A DNA stretch of 64,000 bases from Marmoricola sp. (GCA_051954195.1 JBQCHZ010000015.1:18357-82356), one strand, 5' to 3'. Counted from the stretch's first letter, positions 16,911-27,304 are shown. Notes: generated by a model from the letters alone, not told the origin. Translations and numbers: made by a program.

Positions 16911-18544
16911 CCATGAAGACACATGAAGTGTTCAACCAGGTGCCGCCGCTCGTCGGCCACAACACCGCCGCCGACCCCGCACTCCGCGAGGGCGTCGAGC
17001 GCGAGGGCGCCGGCTGGGCGTTGGGCGAGATCGACGAGCTCGGCCGGTTCGCCGGCACCGCCGAGGCCCAGGACTGGGGACGCCTCGCCGAGCGCGTCCC
17101 CCCGGTGCTGCACACGCACGACCGCTACGGCCACCGCGTCGACGAGGTCGAGTACGCCCCGGCGTACCACCACCTGATGGAGACCGCAGTCCACCACGGT
17201 CTCCACGCCGCGCCCTGGGCCGACGACCGGCCCGGCGCCCACGTCGCCCGCGCCGCGAAGTTCATGGTGTGGTCGGTCGACGCCGGGCACGGCTGCCCGA
17301 TCTCGATGACGTACGCCGTCGTCCCCGCGCTGCGCGCCAACCCCGAGCTGTCCGCGACCTTCGAGCCGCTGCTGACCAACCGCGAGTACGACTTCGGGCT
17401 GCGCGACCCCGCCACCAAGCGCGGCCTCATCGCCGGCATGTCGATGACCGAGAAGCAGGGCGGCTCCGACGTCCGCGCCAACACCACCACCGCAACGCCG
17501 CAAGCGGATGGGACGTACACGCTCGTCGGGCACAAGTGGTTCACGAGCGCCCCGATGTCGGACATGTTCCTCACCCTGGCCCAGGCGCCCGGCGGCCTCT
17601 CCTGCTTCCTGGTCCCCCGCGTGCTGCCTGGCGGCGAGCGCAACGACATGCGCTTCCTGCGGCTGAAGGACAAGCTCGGCAACAAGTCCAACGCGTCCTC
17701 GGAGATCGAGTACGACGGCGCCACCGGCTGGCTCGTCGGCGAGGAGGGCCGCGGGGTGCGCACCATCGTCGAGATGGTGAACATGACCCGCCTGGACTGC
17801 GTGATCGGCTCCTCGGCCGGCATGCGCACCGCTCTGGCGCTGGCTGCGCACCACGCCCGGCACCGCTCCGCCTTCGGCAAGCTGCTCATCGACCTGCCCG
17901 CGATGCGCAACGTGCTCGCCGACCTGCAGGTCGAGTCCGAGGCGGCCACCACCGCGATGTTCCGGCTGGCCGGGGCCAACGACCGCGCGATCCGCGGCGA
18001 CGAGGGCGAGGCGGCGCTGCGCCGGATCGCGCTAGCGGTCACCAAGTACTACGTCTGCAAGCGCGCCCCGATGGTCGCCGGCGAGGCGCTGGAGTGCCTG
18101 GGCGGCAACGGCTACATCGAGGAATTCGACGCCGCCCGCGTCTACCGCGAGCTGCCGCTGCTCTCGATCTGGGAGGGCTCCGGCAACGTCGCCGCCCTGG
18201 ACGCGCTGCGCGCGATGGTCCGCGAGCCGCACACCCTCGACGCGTTCTTCACCGAGGCCGAGCTCGCAATCGGCAGCGATGCCCGGTACGACGACGCCGT
18301 CGACAGGCTGAAGAAGGAGTTCACCTCCTTCGACGACATGGAGCTGCGCGCGCGGCGGGTGGTGGAGCAGATGGCGCTGGTGTTCCAGGGCTCGCAGCTG
18401 CTGCGGCACTCCCCTGCTGCTGTGGCCGACGCGTTCTGCGCCTCCCGGCTGGCCCGCGACTGGGGCGGCGCGTTCGGGACGCTGCCGGCCGGGCTGGACC
18501 TGGCGCCGATCCTGGAGCGGACGGAGACGGGGTTTCCGGGCTGA
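16907..18544 (+). CDS. Acyl-CoA dehydrogenase, AidB / FadE8 type
   Basis: THEVFNQVPPL, GCPISMTYA, MSMTEKQGGSDVRAN, KDKLGNKSNASSEIE, LGGNGYIEE, SIWEGSGNV; ATGA overlap with the upstream gene. Confidence 0.92.
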   Translation: MTMKTHEVFNQVPPLVGHNTAADPALREGVEREGAGWALGEIDELGRFAGTAEAQDWGRLAERVPPVLHTHDRYGHRVDEVEYAPAYHHLMETAVHHGLHAAPWADDRPGAHVARAAKFMVWSVDAGHGCPISMTYAVVPALRANPELSATFEPLLTNREYDFGLRDPATKRGLIAGMSMTEKQGGSDVRANTTTATPQADGTYTLVGHKWFTSAPMSDMFLTLAQAPGGLSCFLVPRVLPGGERNDMRFLRLKDKLGNKSNASSEIEYDGATGWLVGEEGRGVRTIVEMVNMTRLDCVIGSSAGMRTALALAAHHARHRSAFGKLLIDLPAMRNVLADLQVESEAATTAMFRLAGANDRAIRGDEGEAALRRIALAVTKYYVCKRAPMVAGEALECLGGNGYIEEFDAARVYRELPLLSIWEGSGNVAALDALRAMVREPHTLDAFFTEAELAIGSDARYDDAVDRLKKEFTSFDDMELRARRVVEQMALVFQGSQLLRHSPAAVADAFCASRLARDWGGAFGTLPAGLDLAPILERTETGFPG

Positions 18545-18581
18545 GCAGCCGGGCGGAAACACACCTCTGCCCGAGCCAGTG

Positions 18582-18610
18582 TTGACGACGCGTCGAACGC
18601 GTGTTCTAAT
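18582..18610 (+). promoter_or_regulatory. Housekeeping-type promoter overlapped by an actinobacterial LexA (SOS) box
   Basis: -35 TTGACG (18582-18587), 17-nt spacer, -10 TCTAAT (18605-18610). TCGAAC-GCGT-GTTCTA (18593-18608) matches TCGAAC-N4-GTTCGA at 11 of 12 specified positions. Confidence 0.8.
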
Positions 18611-18734
18611 GGTCGTAGTTCCGGTGGTGATAACGATGGCTAAGGCCCCGGAGCGTTGGCCCCTCTCCCGAGAGGGGTCGGCCCCTCACAGGCCAGCTGC
18701 CCATCACGTGTGAGATCCCTTCCGAGGTCGATCT

Positions 18735-20027
18735 GTGCGTGAGGCGGTGACTGCGATGGCGATGGCTCCCGAAGCCGGTGTGCACCCGCTGCTGTCGTTC
18801 GCGCGGGCACTGGACGGCGCCTTGGACAAGGCGGCCACCCACGAGCCGCTTTTCCTCCCCGCCGAGGCCAAGGCAGCGCTGCTGATCGAGCTGCACCGCC
18901 AGGAGCAGCGGCTGGCCGCGTTGCGGCTGCGGGTGATGGCCGCCTCGGCCGACGTCGCCGACGCGCACGCCGCTCGCGACGTCGCCGCGTGGCTCGCGCA
19001 CGCCACTCGGACTGATTGCTCCCCTGCCGACCTGAGGCTCGCCGAGGCTGTCGACCGGACCTGGACCCGCGTCGGCGCCGGCGTGGCCGAGGGGCGGGTC
19101 AACCTTGCTCAGGCGCACGTGATCGTGCGCGCCCTCGAGGCGCTGCCCGACGACCTCGAAGCGGAGCTCGTGGTCAAGGCTGAGGAGCACCTGGTCGAGC
19201 TCGCTGCGACGTACCCACCCGCCGTGCTCAAGAAGCTGGGCCGGCGGATCCTCGAGGTCGTCGCGCCCGACATCGCCGAGGCCGAGGAGGGCCGCCAGCT
19301 CCAGGACAAGGAGCGGCGCGCCCGGGAGACCACCCGCCGGGAATTCAAGCGACTCGGTGACGGGTCCACCCGGATCACTCTGAAGGTTCCCGACGGCGTC
19401 GCCGACCGGTTCCGCACCTACCTCGACGCCTTCACCAGCCCGCGCCACGGCACGGGGGCCGACGGCGGGGGCGTCGTGGAGGTCCCCGACGTGCCCGCCG
19501 GGGACCGGATCCCTGCGGCCCGCAAGCGCGGGCTGGCGTTCGCCGCCCTGCTCGAGCACCTCGACCCGCAGAAGCTGCCCGACCACGGCGGCGATGCGAC
19601 CACCGTGATGGTCACCCTCAGCCTCGACCAGCTGCGCTCCGGGCTCGGAGCCGCCGGGGTGATCACCTCCGCGCACGGCGACATCTCCGCGACCGAGGCG
19701 CGACGCCTCGCCTGCACCGCCCACCTCATCCCCGCCGTCCTCGGCAGCAAGGGCGAGATCCTCGACCTGGGCCGCCGCGCCCGGCTGTTCAGCCCTGCCC
19801 AGCACCGAGCCCTGCGGCTGCGTGACCGCGGTTGCCGAGCCGAGGGCTGCACCGTGCCGGTCACCTGGACCGAAGCCCACCACTGGGAGCCTTGGTCGCA
19901 CGGCGGCACCACCGACCTCGCCAACGCCGTCAGCCTCTGTAACTTCCACCACCACCGGGTCCACGACAACGGGTTTGCAGCCGACCGGCTGAGCAACGGC
20001 GATGTGCGATTCCGCAGGCGGACGTGA
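18735..20027 (+). CDS. DUF222 domain + HNH endonuclease (13E12 / Rv1128c-like)
   Basis: GRVNLAQAHVI, ARRLACTAHLIPAVLG, LDLGRRARLFSPAQHRALRLRDRGCRAEGC, EAHHWEPWSHGGTTDLANAVSLCNFHH; true start may be 18747 or 18756. Confidence 0.92.
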   Translation: MREAVTAMAMAPEAGVHPLLSFARALDGALDKAATHEPLFLPAEAKAALLIELHRQEQRLAALRLRVMAASADVADAHAARDVAAWLAHATRTDCSPADLRLAEAVDRTWTRVGAGVAEGRVNLAQAHVIVRALEALPDDLEAELVVKAEEHLVELAATYPPAVLKKLGRRILEVVAPDIAEAEEGRQLQDKERRARETTRREFKRLGDGSTRITLKVPDGVADRFRTYLDAFTSPRHGTGADGGGVVEVPDVPAGDRIPAARKRGLAFAALLEHLDPQKLPDHGGDATTVMVTLSLDQLRSGLGAAGVITSAHGDISATEARRLACTAHLIPAVLGSKGEILDLGRRARLFSPAQHRALRLRDRGCRAEGCTVPVTWTEAHHWEPWSHGGTTDLANAVSLCNFHHHRVHDNGFAADRLSNGDVRFRRRT

Positions 20028-20038
20028 GGCAGCAGGTG

Positions 20039-22384
20039 CTAGTCGACGTACTCCGCCAGGTGCTCCCCCGTCACCGTGCTGCGCGCGGCGACGAGGGCAG
20101 CCGGCGTGCCCTCGAACACCACGCGGCCGCCGTCGTGGCCGGCGCCTGGGCCCAGGTCGATGATCCAGTCGGCGTGGGCCATCACGGCTTGGTGGTGCTC
20201 GATGACGATCACCGACTTGCCCGACTCGACCAGCCGGTCGAGCAGGCGCAGCAGGTTTTCCACGTCGGCCAGGTGCAGGCCCGAGGTCGGCTCGTCGAGC
20301 ACGTAGACGCCGCCGTCCTCGGCGAGGTGGGTGGCCAGCTTGATCCGCTGCCGCTCACCACCCGACAGCGTGCTCAGCGGCTGGCCGAGGCGCAGGTAGC
20401 CGAGCCCCACGTCCTCGAGCCGGGCGAGGATCGTCGCGGCGGCGGGCACCTTCGCGTCCGGTGCGGTGAAGAACGCGCGCGCCTCGTTGACCGGCAGGTC
20501 GAGCACCTCGGCGATGTTGAGACCGCCGTACCGGAGCTCGAGCACCGCGGCCTGGAAGCGCTTGCCCCCGCAGTCCTCGCACGGCGTGGCGACGGTGTCC
20601 ATGAAGCCGAGCTCGGTGAAGATCTGCCCGTTGCCGTTGCAGGTCGGGCAGGCGCCCTCGGAGTTGGCGGAGAACATCGCCGGCTTCACGCCGTTCGCCT
20701 TCGCGAACGCCTTGCGGATCGGGTCCAGCAGGCCGGTGTACGTCGCGGGGTTGCTGCGCCTCGAGCCGCGGATCGCGACCTGGTCGATCACCACGACGCC
20801 CTCACGGCCGGCCACCGAACCGTGGATCAGCGAGCTCTTGCCGGACCCGGCGACGCCAGTGACCACGCACAGCACGCCGAGCGGGATGTCGACGTCGACG
20901 TCCTGGAGGTTGTGTGTCGAAGCACCGCGCACCTCGAGTGCGCCGGACGGCGTACGGACCTTGTCCTTGAGCTGCGCCCGGTAGGCAAGGTGCTCACCGG
21001 TCAGCGTGCCGCTCGCCCGCAGGCCCTCCACGGTGCCCTCGAAGACGACCTCGCCTCCTCCGCTGCCGGCGCCCGGACCGAGGTCGACGACGTGGTCGGC
21101 GATCGCGATCACCTCGGGCTTGTGCTCGACCACGAGCACGGTGTTGCCCTTGTCGCGCAGCTGCTGCAGCAGGGTGTTCATCCGCTCGATGTCGTGCGGG
21201 TGCAGACCGACGGTCGGCTCGTCGAAGACGTAGGTGACGTCGGTGAGCGCAGAGCCGAGGTGGCGCACCATCTTGGTGCGCTGGGCCTCACCGCCCGAGA
21301 GCGTGCCGGAGGGACGGTCGAGGGAGAGGTAGCCCAACCCGATCTCCACGAACGACTCCAGCAGGTGGAGCAGCTGCGCGACCAGCGGCGCCACACCGGC
21401 GTCGTCGATGCCACGCACCCAGTCGATGAGGTCGGTGATCTGCAGAGCGCAGGCCTGGCCGATGTCGATGCCGTCGATCTTCGAGGAGCGGGCAGCGTCG
21501 TTGAGCCGGGTGCCGTCGCACGCGGGGCAGGTGCCGAACACCGCCGCCCGCTCCACGAACGCCCGGACGTGCGGCTGCAGCGAGGCGACGTCCTTGCCGA
21601 ATATCGACTTGCGCAGCTTGGGGATCAGGCCGTCGTAGGTGACGTTGATGCCCTTGGCCTTCACCTTCGTCGTCTGCTTGTGCAGCAGGTCGTGGCGCTC
21701 GCGCTCGGTGTAGTCGCGGATCGCCTTGTCGGGGTCGACGAACCCGGACTCGGCGTAGGTGCGCACCATCCAGCCGTCGGCGGTGTAGCCGGGGACGAGG
21801 ATCGCGCCCTCGTTGAGCGACTTCGACTCGTCGATGATCGCGGTCAGATCGAGGTCGGAGACCGTGCCGCGCCCCTCGCACTCGGGGCACATGCCGCCGA
21901 GGTACACCGCGTCCTTGACGATCTTCTTCTCGCCCTTCGGCCCCGTCATCACTCCGCTCGCCCGGGTCGTCGGGATGTTGAAGGAGAAGGCGGTCGGTCC
22001 ACCGATGTACGGCGTACCGAGCCGGCTGAACAGGTTGCGGAGCATCGCGTTGGCATCGGTGACCGTGCCGAGCGTCGAGCGCGGGTTGGCGCCGAGCCGC
22101 TCCTGGTCGACGATGATTGCAGTGGTCAGCCCCTCGAGCAGGTCGACGTCGGGACGGGGCAGGTCGGGCAGGAACCCCTGCACGAAGGTCGAGTACGTCT
22201 CGTCGATCAGCCGCCGGGACTCGGCCGCGATCGTGGCGAAGACCAGCGAGCTCTTCCCCGACCCGGAGACGCCGGTGAACACCGTCAGCCGGCGCTTCGG
22301 GATCTCCAGGGAGAGGTCCTTGAGGTTGTTCTCCCGGGCGCCCTGGACGCGGATGACCTCGTGGACGTCGGCGGGGTGGGCCAT
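20039..22384 (-). CDS. Class II UvrA-like ATPase (UvrA2 / DrrC family)
   Basis: Two ABC cassettes (GVSGSGKSS...LSGGEAQR; GVAGSGKSS...LSGGERQR) with CPECEGRG and CPTCNGNG zinc motifs; ~780 aa, apparently lacking the UvrB-binding insertion. Confidence 0.9.
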   Translation of the reverse strand: MAHPADVHEVIRVQGARENNLKDLSLEIPKRRLTVFTGVSGSGKSSLVFATIAAESRRLIDETYSTFVQGFLPDLPRPDVDLLEGLTTAIIVDQERLGANPRSTLGTVTDANAMLRNLFSRLGTPYIGGPTAFSFNIPTTRASGVMTGPKGEKKIVKDAVYLGGMCPECEGRGTVSDLDLTAIIDESKSLNEGAILVPGYTADGWMVRTYAESGFVDPDKAIRDYTERERHDLLHKQTTKVKAKGINVTYDGLIPKLRKSIFGKDVASLQPHVRAFVERAAVFGTCPACDGTRLNDAARSSKIDGIDIGQACALQITDLIDWVRGIDDAGVAPLVAQLLHLLESFVEIGLGYLSLDRPSGTLSGGEAQRTKMVRHLGSALTDVTYVFDEPTVGLHPHDIERMNTLLQQLRDKGNTVLVVEHKPEVIAIADHVVDLGPGAGSGGGEVVFEGTVEGLRASGTLTGEHLAYRAQLKDKVRTPSGALEVRGASTHNLQDVDVDIPLGVLCVVTGVAGSGKSSLIHGSVAGREGVVVIDQVAIRGSRRSNPATYTGLLDPIRKAFAKANGVKPAMFSANSEGACPTCNGNGQIFTELGFMDTVATPCEDCGGKRFQAAVLELRYGGLNIAEVLDLPVNEARAFFTAPDAKVPAAATILARLEDVGLGYLRLGQPLSTLSGGERQRIKLATHLAEDGGVYVLDEPTSGLHLADVENLLRLLDRLVESGKSVIVIEHHQAVMAHADWIIDLGPGAGHDGGRVVFEGTPAALVAARSTVTGEHLAEYVD

Positions 22385-22424
22385 GGCGCGCATCCTCGCA
22401 TCGCGCATGGCGGGCAGGCACATC

Positions 22425-22835
<411 letters not shown>

Positions 22836-22845
22836 GGCGACCACG

Positions 22846-23277
22846 CTAGGAGCGCGGTGAGGTCGGCGCTTCTCGATTCCTGACCGGTCGCGACACCTTC
22901 TTCTCCACGCACGCCGGCGGCCCGGCCGCGTGGTCGACCTCGGTGCGGTAGCGGCTCGGCGACATCCCGACCAGCTCGCTGAACCGGGTGCTGAACGTGC
23001 CCAGCGAGGTGAAGCCGACCGCGAAGCACACCTCGGTCACGCTGAGCTCCCCGATGCGCAGCAGCGCCATCGCGCGCTCGATGCGGCGGGTCATCAGGTA
23101 GCTGTACGGCGACTCCCCGTAGGCCGCTCGGAACTGCCGGCTCAGGTGGCCGGCCGACATGTGCACGCCGGCCGCGAGCGCCTCGACGTCCAGCGGCTCG
23201 GCGTACTCCCGGTCGATGCGGTCGCGGACCCGGCGCAGCAGGGCCAGGTCGCGCAGCCGGTCGCGGGTCGGGTCCAC
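22846..23277 (-). CDS. Single-domain AraC family regulator
   Basis: LDVEALAAGVHMSAGHLSRQFRAAYGESP, SVTEVCFAVGFTSLGTFSTRFSELVGMSP. Confidence 0.92.
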   Translation of the reverse strand: MDPTRDRLRDLALLRRVRDRIDREYAEPLDVEALAAGVHMSAGHLSRQFRAAYGESPYSYLMTRRIERAMALLRIGELSVTEVCFAVGFTSLGTFSTRFSELVGMSPSRYRTEVDHAAGPPACVEKKVSRPVRNREAPTSPRS

Positions 23278-23302
23278 GCCGCCATCCTGCCCGAGGTTGC
23301 CC

Positions 23303-23668
23303 TCAGGAGTGCTGGGTCCGGAGCAGTGCGAGGAACTCGTCGGCCATCGCCAGCTTCTGCGCCAGGGACTCCCGGCGCTCGGTCGCCTCGTCGAGCAGTG
23401 CCTGCCACGTGGCGGCGTCCACGTCGCCGGACCGCAGCAGGTCCATCACGCGGTGCATGTCGTCGAGGGAGTAGCCCAGCGGCTTCATCCGCCGGATCAC
23501 CAGCAGCCGCTCGACGTCGTCGGCGCTGTAGAGCCGGAAGCCGCCGTCGCTGCGCGAGGACGGCGAGCACAGACCGATCTCGTCGTAGTGCCGCAGCGTG
23601 CGCAGCGACAGCCCGGTCAGCTCGGCCACCTCGCCGATCTGCACCGGCCCGCGACCCACCTCCGCCAC
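23303..23668 (-). CDS. MerR family transcriptional regulator
   Basis: IGEVAELTGLSLRTLRHYDEIGL...RSDGGFRLY; start set at GTG 23668 after GAGGAG (uncertain). Confidence 0.9.
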   Translation of the reverse strand: MAEVGRGPVQIGEVAELTGLSLRTLRHYDEIGLCSPSSRSDGGFRLYSADDVERLLVIRRMKPLGYSLDDMHRVMDLLRSGDVDAATWQALLDEATERRESLAQKLAMADEFLALLRTQHS

Positions 23669-23693
23669 TGTGCTGCTCCTCACCACGCCGGGA

Positions 23694-23726
23694 TTCGTCC
23701 ACAACCCTCACGCAACGTTAGGGTTG
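23694..23726 (+). promoter_or_regulatory. MerR-type operator/promoter upstream of sulP
   Basis: Dyad CAACCCTCACG-CAA-CGTTAGGGTTG (23702-23726, one mismatch); -10 TAGGGT (23719-23724) lies 19 nt after a weak -35 TTCGTC, the long spacer typical of MerR promoters. Confidence 0.65.
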
Positions 23727-23809
23727 CTCGTGCGGCCCTCGAGCCGCCCCGCATCCTCCCACGCGCCCCACCGCGCGCCTCCTTCGTACGTCGACCCGAG
23801 AGGTCCTCC

Positions 23810-25303
23810 TTGTCCGTCGCCCTGCCTGCCCCCATGCCCGTCTCCGCCGCCCTGCACTCCGTCGCCCGGCTCCGCACCGAGGTCCTCGGCGGCCTGGTCG
23901 TCGGCCTCGCGCTGATCCCCGAGGCCATCTCGTTCTCAGTGATCGCCGGCGTCGACCCCCGCGTCGGCCTGTTCTCCGCGGTCACGATGGCGATCACCAT
24001 CTCGATCGTCGGCGGCCGGCCCGCGATGATCTCCGCCGCCACCGGCTCGGTCGCCCTCGTGGTGGCACCGCTGGCTCGCGAGTACGGCCTGGACTTCCTG
24101 GTGGCCACGGTGCTCCTCGCCGGGCTCTTCCAGATCGTGCTGGGGCTGCTCGGGGTCGGACGGCTGATGCGGTTCGTGCCCCGCTCGGTGATGGTCGGGT
24201 TCGTCAACGCCCTCGGCATCCTGCTCGCCGTCGCGCAGTGGGACAACCTGCACGACGTGCCGTGGGTCGTCTACCCGCTGGTGGCGCTGGGCATCGCCCT
24301 GATCGTCGTCTTCCCCCGCCTCAACCGGGTCGTCCCCGCTCCGCTGATCGCGATCCTGGTCCTGACGGCGATCACCTGGGCCGGCGGCATCGACGTGCCC
24401 ACCGTCAGCGACAAGGGCCGTCTCGTCGACAGCATCCCGCCGCTCGGACTGCCCGACGTGCCGTGGACCTGGCACACGTTGAGCATCATCGCGCCGTACG
24501 CCTTCGCGATGGCGCTGGTCGGTCTCCTCGAGTCGCTGATGACGGCGAAGTTCGTCGACGACATCACCGAGACCCACTCCGACAAGGACCGCGAGTCCTG
24601 GGGTCAGGGCATCGCCAACGTCGTCAGCGGTCTCTTCGGCGGCATGGGCGGCTGCGCGATGATCGGCCAGACGATGATCAACGTGCGCCAGTCCGGCGCG
24701 CGCACCCGGCTCTCCACCTTCCTCGCCGGCGCGCTGCTGCTGGTGCTCATGCTGGCGCTCGGCGACATCGTCGGACGCATCCCGATGGCCGCCCTCGCCG
24801 CGGTGATGATCATGGTCGCGATCGGCACCTTCGACTGGCACAGCGTCCGCACGCTGCGGCGGATGCCGAGGTCGGAGACCGCCGTCATGGTGACCACGGT
24901 GATCGTGGTAGTCGCCACCAGCGACCTCGCCATCGGCGTCGTCGTCGGCGTCGTCCTCGCCGCGCTGCTCTTCGCGCGACGCGTCGCCCACCTCGCCGAC
25001 GTCGACCGGACGATCGCGGTCGCGGAGGACGGCACCGAGTACGCCCGCTACCGCGTCACCGGTGAGCTGTTCTTCGCCTCCAGCAACGACTTCTACTCCC
25101 AGTTCGACTACGCCGAGGACCCCTCCTCGGTCGTCATCGACTTCACCGACGCCCACATCTGGGACGCCTCGACGGTGGCGGCGCTCGACGCCGTCACCAC
25201 CAAGTACGCCGACCACAACATCGCCGTCGAGGTCCACGGGCTCAACGCTGAGAGCGCCGCCCGCTACGACCTGCTCAGCGGTCACCTCTCCTCGGCGCAC
25301 TGA
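23810..25303 (+). CDS. SulP family anion transporter with STAS domain
   Basis: EVLGGLVVGLALIPEAISFS, GGRPAMISAATG, GGMGGCAMIGQT, YRVTGELFFASS, IDFTDAHIWD; TTG 23810 or ATG 23834. Confidence 0.92.
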   Translation: MSVALPAPMPVSAALHSVARLRTEVLGGLVVGLALIPEAISFSVIAGVDPRVGLFSAVTMAITISIVGGRPAMISAATGSVALVVAPLAREYGLDFLVATVLLAGLFQIVLGLLGVGRLMRFVPRSVMVGFVNALGILLAVAQWDNLHDVPWVVYPLVALGIALIVVFPRLNRVVPAPLIAILVLTAITWAGGIDVPTVSDKGRLVDSIPPLGLPDVPWTWHTLSIIAPYAFAMALVGLLESLMTAKFVDDITETHSDKDRESWGQGIANVVSGLFGGMGGCAMIGQTMINVRQSGARTRLSTFLAGALLLVLMLALGDIVGRIPMAALAAVMIMVAIGTFDWHSVRTLRRMPRSETAVMVTTVIVVVATSDLAIGVVVGVVLAALLFARRVAHLADVDRTIAVAEDGTEYARYRVTGELFFASSNDFYSQFDYAEDPSSVVIDFTDAHIWDASTVAALDAVTTKYADHNIAVEVHGLNAESAARYDLLSGHLSSAH

Positions 25304-27233
25304 CGGGGGCCTCCACGAGCCACCAGGCGGCGTACGGCGGGAGGCGGAGGACGCCGTCGGTCCCGACCTCGAGGTCGTGGCCGCCCAGCGCCTCGTGGGG
25401 ACGGTCGATGCCCAGCTCGTGCAGACGCGCCAGCGGGAAGGGCCGCGCGGTGCCGGTGACGTTGTAGAGGCCGACGAGGGTGCCGCTGGCGTGACGTCGT
25501 ACGACGCCCAGCACGCCGTCGTCTGTCCCGGCGAGCACCCGCGTGGACGCCGAGGCGTGCAGCTGCGGCAGCGTCGCCCGCACCCGCGCCAGGTGGGCCA
25601 GCCCGCTGAAGACCCGGCCGGGGACCGTGCGCAGGTCCGACGCCAGCGCAGCACGCTCCCAGTCCAGCCGCGGCCGGTGGGCCCAGCGGTTGTCGTCCTC
25701 GTGCCCGGGCTCCGCGCGCCAGTCGGGGTCGTTGGGCTGACCCAGCTCGTCCCCGCTCCAGATCACCGGCACGCCGCCCCAGGCAGCGGCGACGGCGTGG
25801 GCCAGGAAGAGACGGGCGAGCGCCCGGTCGACCTCCGCCGGGGTGCTGTCGGGGTGGAGGCCCGCGAGGGAGGCCGCGGTGCCGCTGATCCGGCGGTCGC
25901 CGGTGGCGGGGTTCGCCTGGAACACCAGCCCGTCGGCCCACGAGCCGGGCGCGTCGCCGGCGTACCAGTCGGAGAGGAAGCGCCGGTGTCCCTCGCCGGT
26001 CACCCCGACCGCCGCGGCGTCGGCGTCGTCGACGGCCCAGCCGATGTCGTCGTGGCAGCGCACGTAGGTGATCCAGGTGGCGGTGGGCGGTGCCGGCGGC
26101 AGGGCGGCGAGGGCGTGCCGGGCCAGGACGACGTCCTGCGCGGCGAGCATCGACCAGACCTGCACCATCAGGCTGTTGTGGTACGCCAGGTCGCAGACGC
26201 GGCCGGCGTGCTCCCCGACGCCGAGGTACTGCACCAGGTCGCGCGGCCCCACGATCGCCTCGGCCTTGAACGCCAGCGCCGGCGCGGCGATCCGCGCGAC
26301 CGTGCGCAGCGCCTGGGTGATCGCGTGCACCTCCGGCTGGTTCTGGCAGCTGGTGCCCATCCGCTTCCACAGGAACGCGATCGCGTCGAGCCGCAGCACC
26401 TCGACGCCGAGGTTCGCCAGCCACAGCACCAGGTCGGCGAACTCCAGCAGCACCGCGGGGTTGGACCAGTTCAGGTCCCACTGCCAGGCGTTGAAGGTCG
26501 TCCACACCCAGCCGTCGAGGTCCGGGTCGTGGGTGAAGCTGCCGGGCGCGAAGTCGGGGAAGACCTCCGGCAGCGTCCGCTCGTAGGCGTCCGGCAGGGC
26601 ACGGTCGGCGAAGACGTGGAAGTAGTCGCGGTAGGTCGCATCCCCGGCGCGCGCCGCCTCCGCCCAGGCGTGCTCGCGGGCGACGTGGTTGAGCACCAGG
26701 TCGACGACCAGGCTGATCCCTCGTGAGCGCAGCGTCGTCGCGAGGTCGCGCAGGTCCTCGACGCTGCCCAGGTCGGGCCGCACGGCGCGGTAGTCGGCGA
26801 CCGCGTAGCCGCCGTCGTTGTCGCCCTCACGCGGCTGCAGCAGCGGCATCAGGTGCAGGTAGGTGACGCCGCGCGCCTCGAGGTGGTCCAGGTGCGCCGC
26901 TACGCCGCGCAGGTCGCCGCCGAAGCGCTCGGCGTAGCAGGCGTAGCCGAACATCCGCGGCTGCTGGAGCCAGTCGGGCTGGAGCAGCCGCCGCTGGTCG
27001 AGGCGGTGCAGGTCGTCGGGGCGTACGGCGTACGCCGCGACCGCGCTCGCCAGCAGCCGCTCCAGGAGCGGGTCGGCCACCTCCGCCTCGGGATGGACGG
27101 CGGCGACCGCGTCGCGCAGGTCGGGCCAGTAGCGCTCCAGCCGCAGCGCGAACGTCTCCTGGCGCTCGGCGCCGACCCCGGTCGCGGACAGCTGCGCGGC
27201 GACGGCCTCGCGCACCGCCTCCGGGACGCTCAT
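25275..27233 (-). CDS. Amylosucrase-like GH13 enzyme
   Basis: GVTYLHLMPLL...DGGYAVADY, DLVLNH, LRLDAIAFLWKRMGTSCQNQPEVH, FKAEAIV, YVRCHDDIGW, RRISGTAASLAG; no signal peptide seen. Confidence 0.88.
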   Translation of the reverse strand: MSVPEAVREAVAAQLSATGVGAERQETFALRLERYWPDLRDAVAAVHPEAEVADPLLERLLASAVAAYAVRPDDLHRLDQRRLLQPDWLQQPRMFGYACYAERFGGDLRGVAAHLDHLEARGVTYLHLMPLLQPREGDNDGGYAVADYRAVRPDLGSVEDLRDLATTLRSRGISLVVDLVLNHVAREHAWAEAARAGDATYRDYFHVFADRALPDAYERTLPEVFPDFAPGSFTHDPDLDGWVWTTFNAWQWDLNWSNPAVLLEFADLVLWLANLGVEVLRLDAIAFLWKRMGTSCQNQPEVHAITQALRTVARIAAPALAFKAEAIVGPRDLVQYLGVGEHAGRVCDLAYHNSLMVQVWSMLAAQDVVLARHALAALPPAPPTATWITYVRCHDDIGWAVDDADAAAVGVTGEGHRRFLSDWYAGDAPGSWADGLVFQANPATGDRRISGTAASLAGLHPDSTPAEVDRALARLFLAHAVAAAWGGVPVIWSGDELGQPNDPDWRAEPGHEDDNRWAHRPRLDWERAALASDLRTVPGRVFSGLAHLARVRATLPQLHASASTRVLAGTDDGVLGVVRRHASGTLVGLYNVTGTARPFPLARLHELGIDRPHEALGGHDLEVGTDGVLRLPPYAAWWLVEAPVSAPRRGDR

Positions 27234-27245
27234 CGCCCCGGACTC

Positions 27246-27269
27246 CGCGGGGCCGCCGACGGCCCCGCG
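27246..27269. other. Perfect 10-bp GC hairpin between divergent amylosucrase and msiK
   Basis: CGCGGGGCCG-CCGA-CGGCCCCGCG. Confidence 0.6.
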
Positions 27270-27304
27270 TGCGCGTTCGCACTTTCGGGGCCTAGTGTGA
27301 GCCC

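Noticed and set aside
15989-18544. Apparent fusions from ORF-track extensions (ech-ACAD 851 aa, 7921..10227, 1681..3570, 4169..5314, 58341..61298)
   Set aside because: The N-terminal extensions are low-complexity off-frame readings of neighbouring genes; internal starts with an RBS or a stop/start overlap explain the real genes.
18542-20038. Possible target-site duplication around the DUF222-HNH gene (CTGAGCAGC versus GTGAGGCAGC)
   Set aside because: The match is imperfect and short, with no terminal inverted repeats; not enough to call a mobile element.
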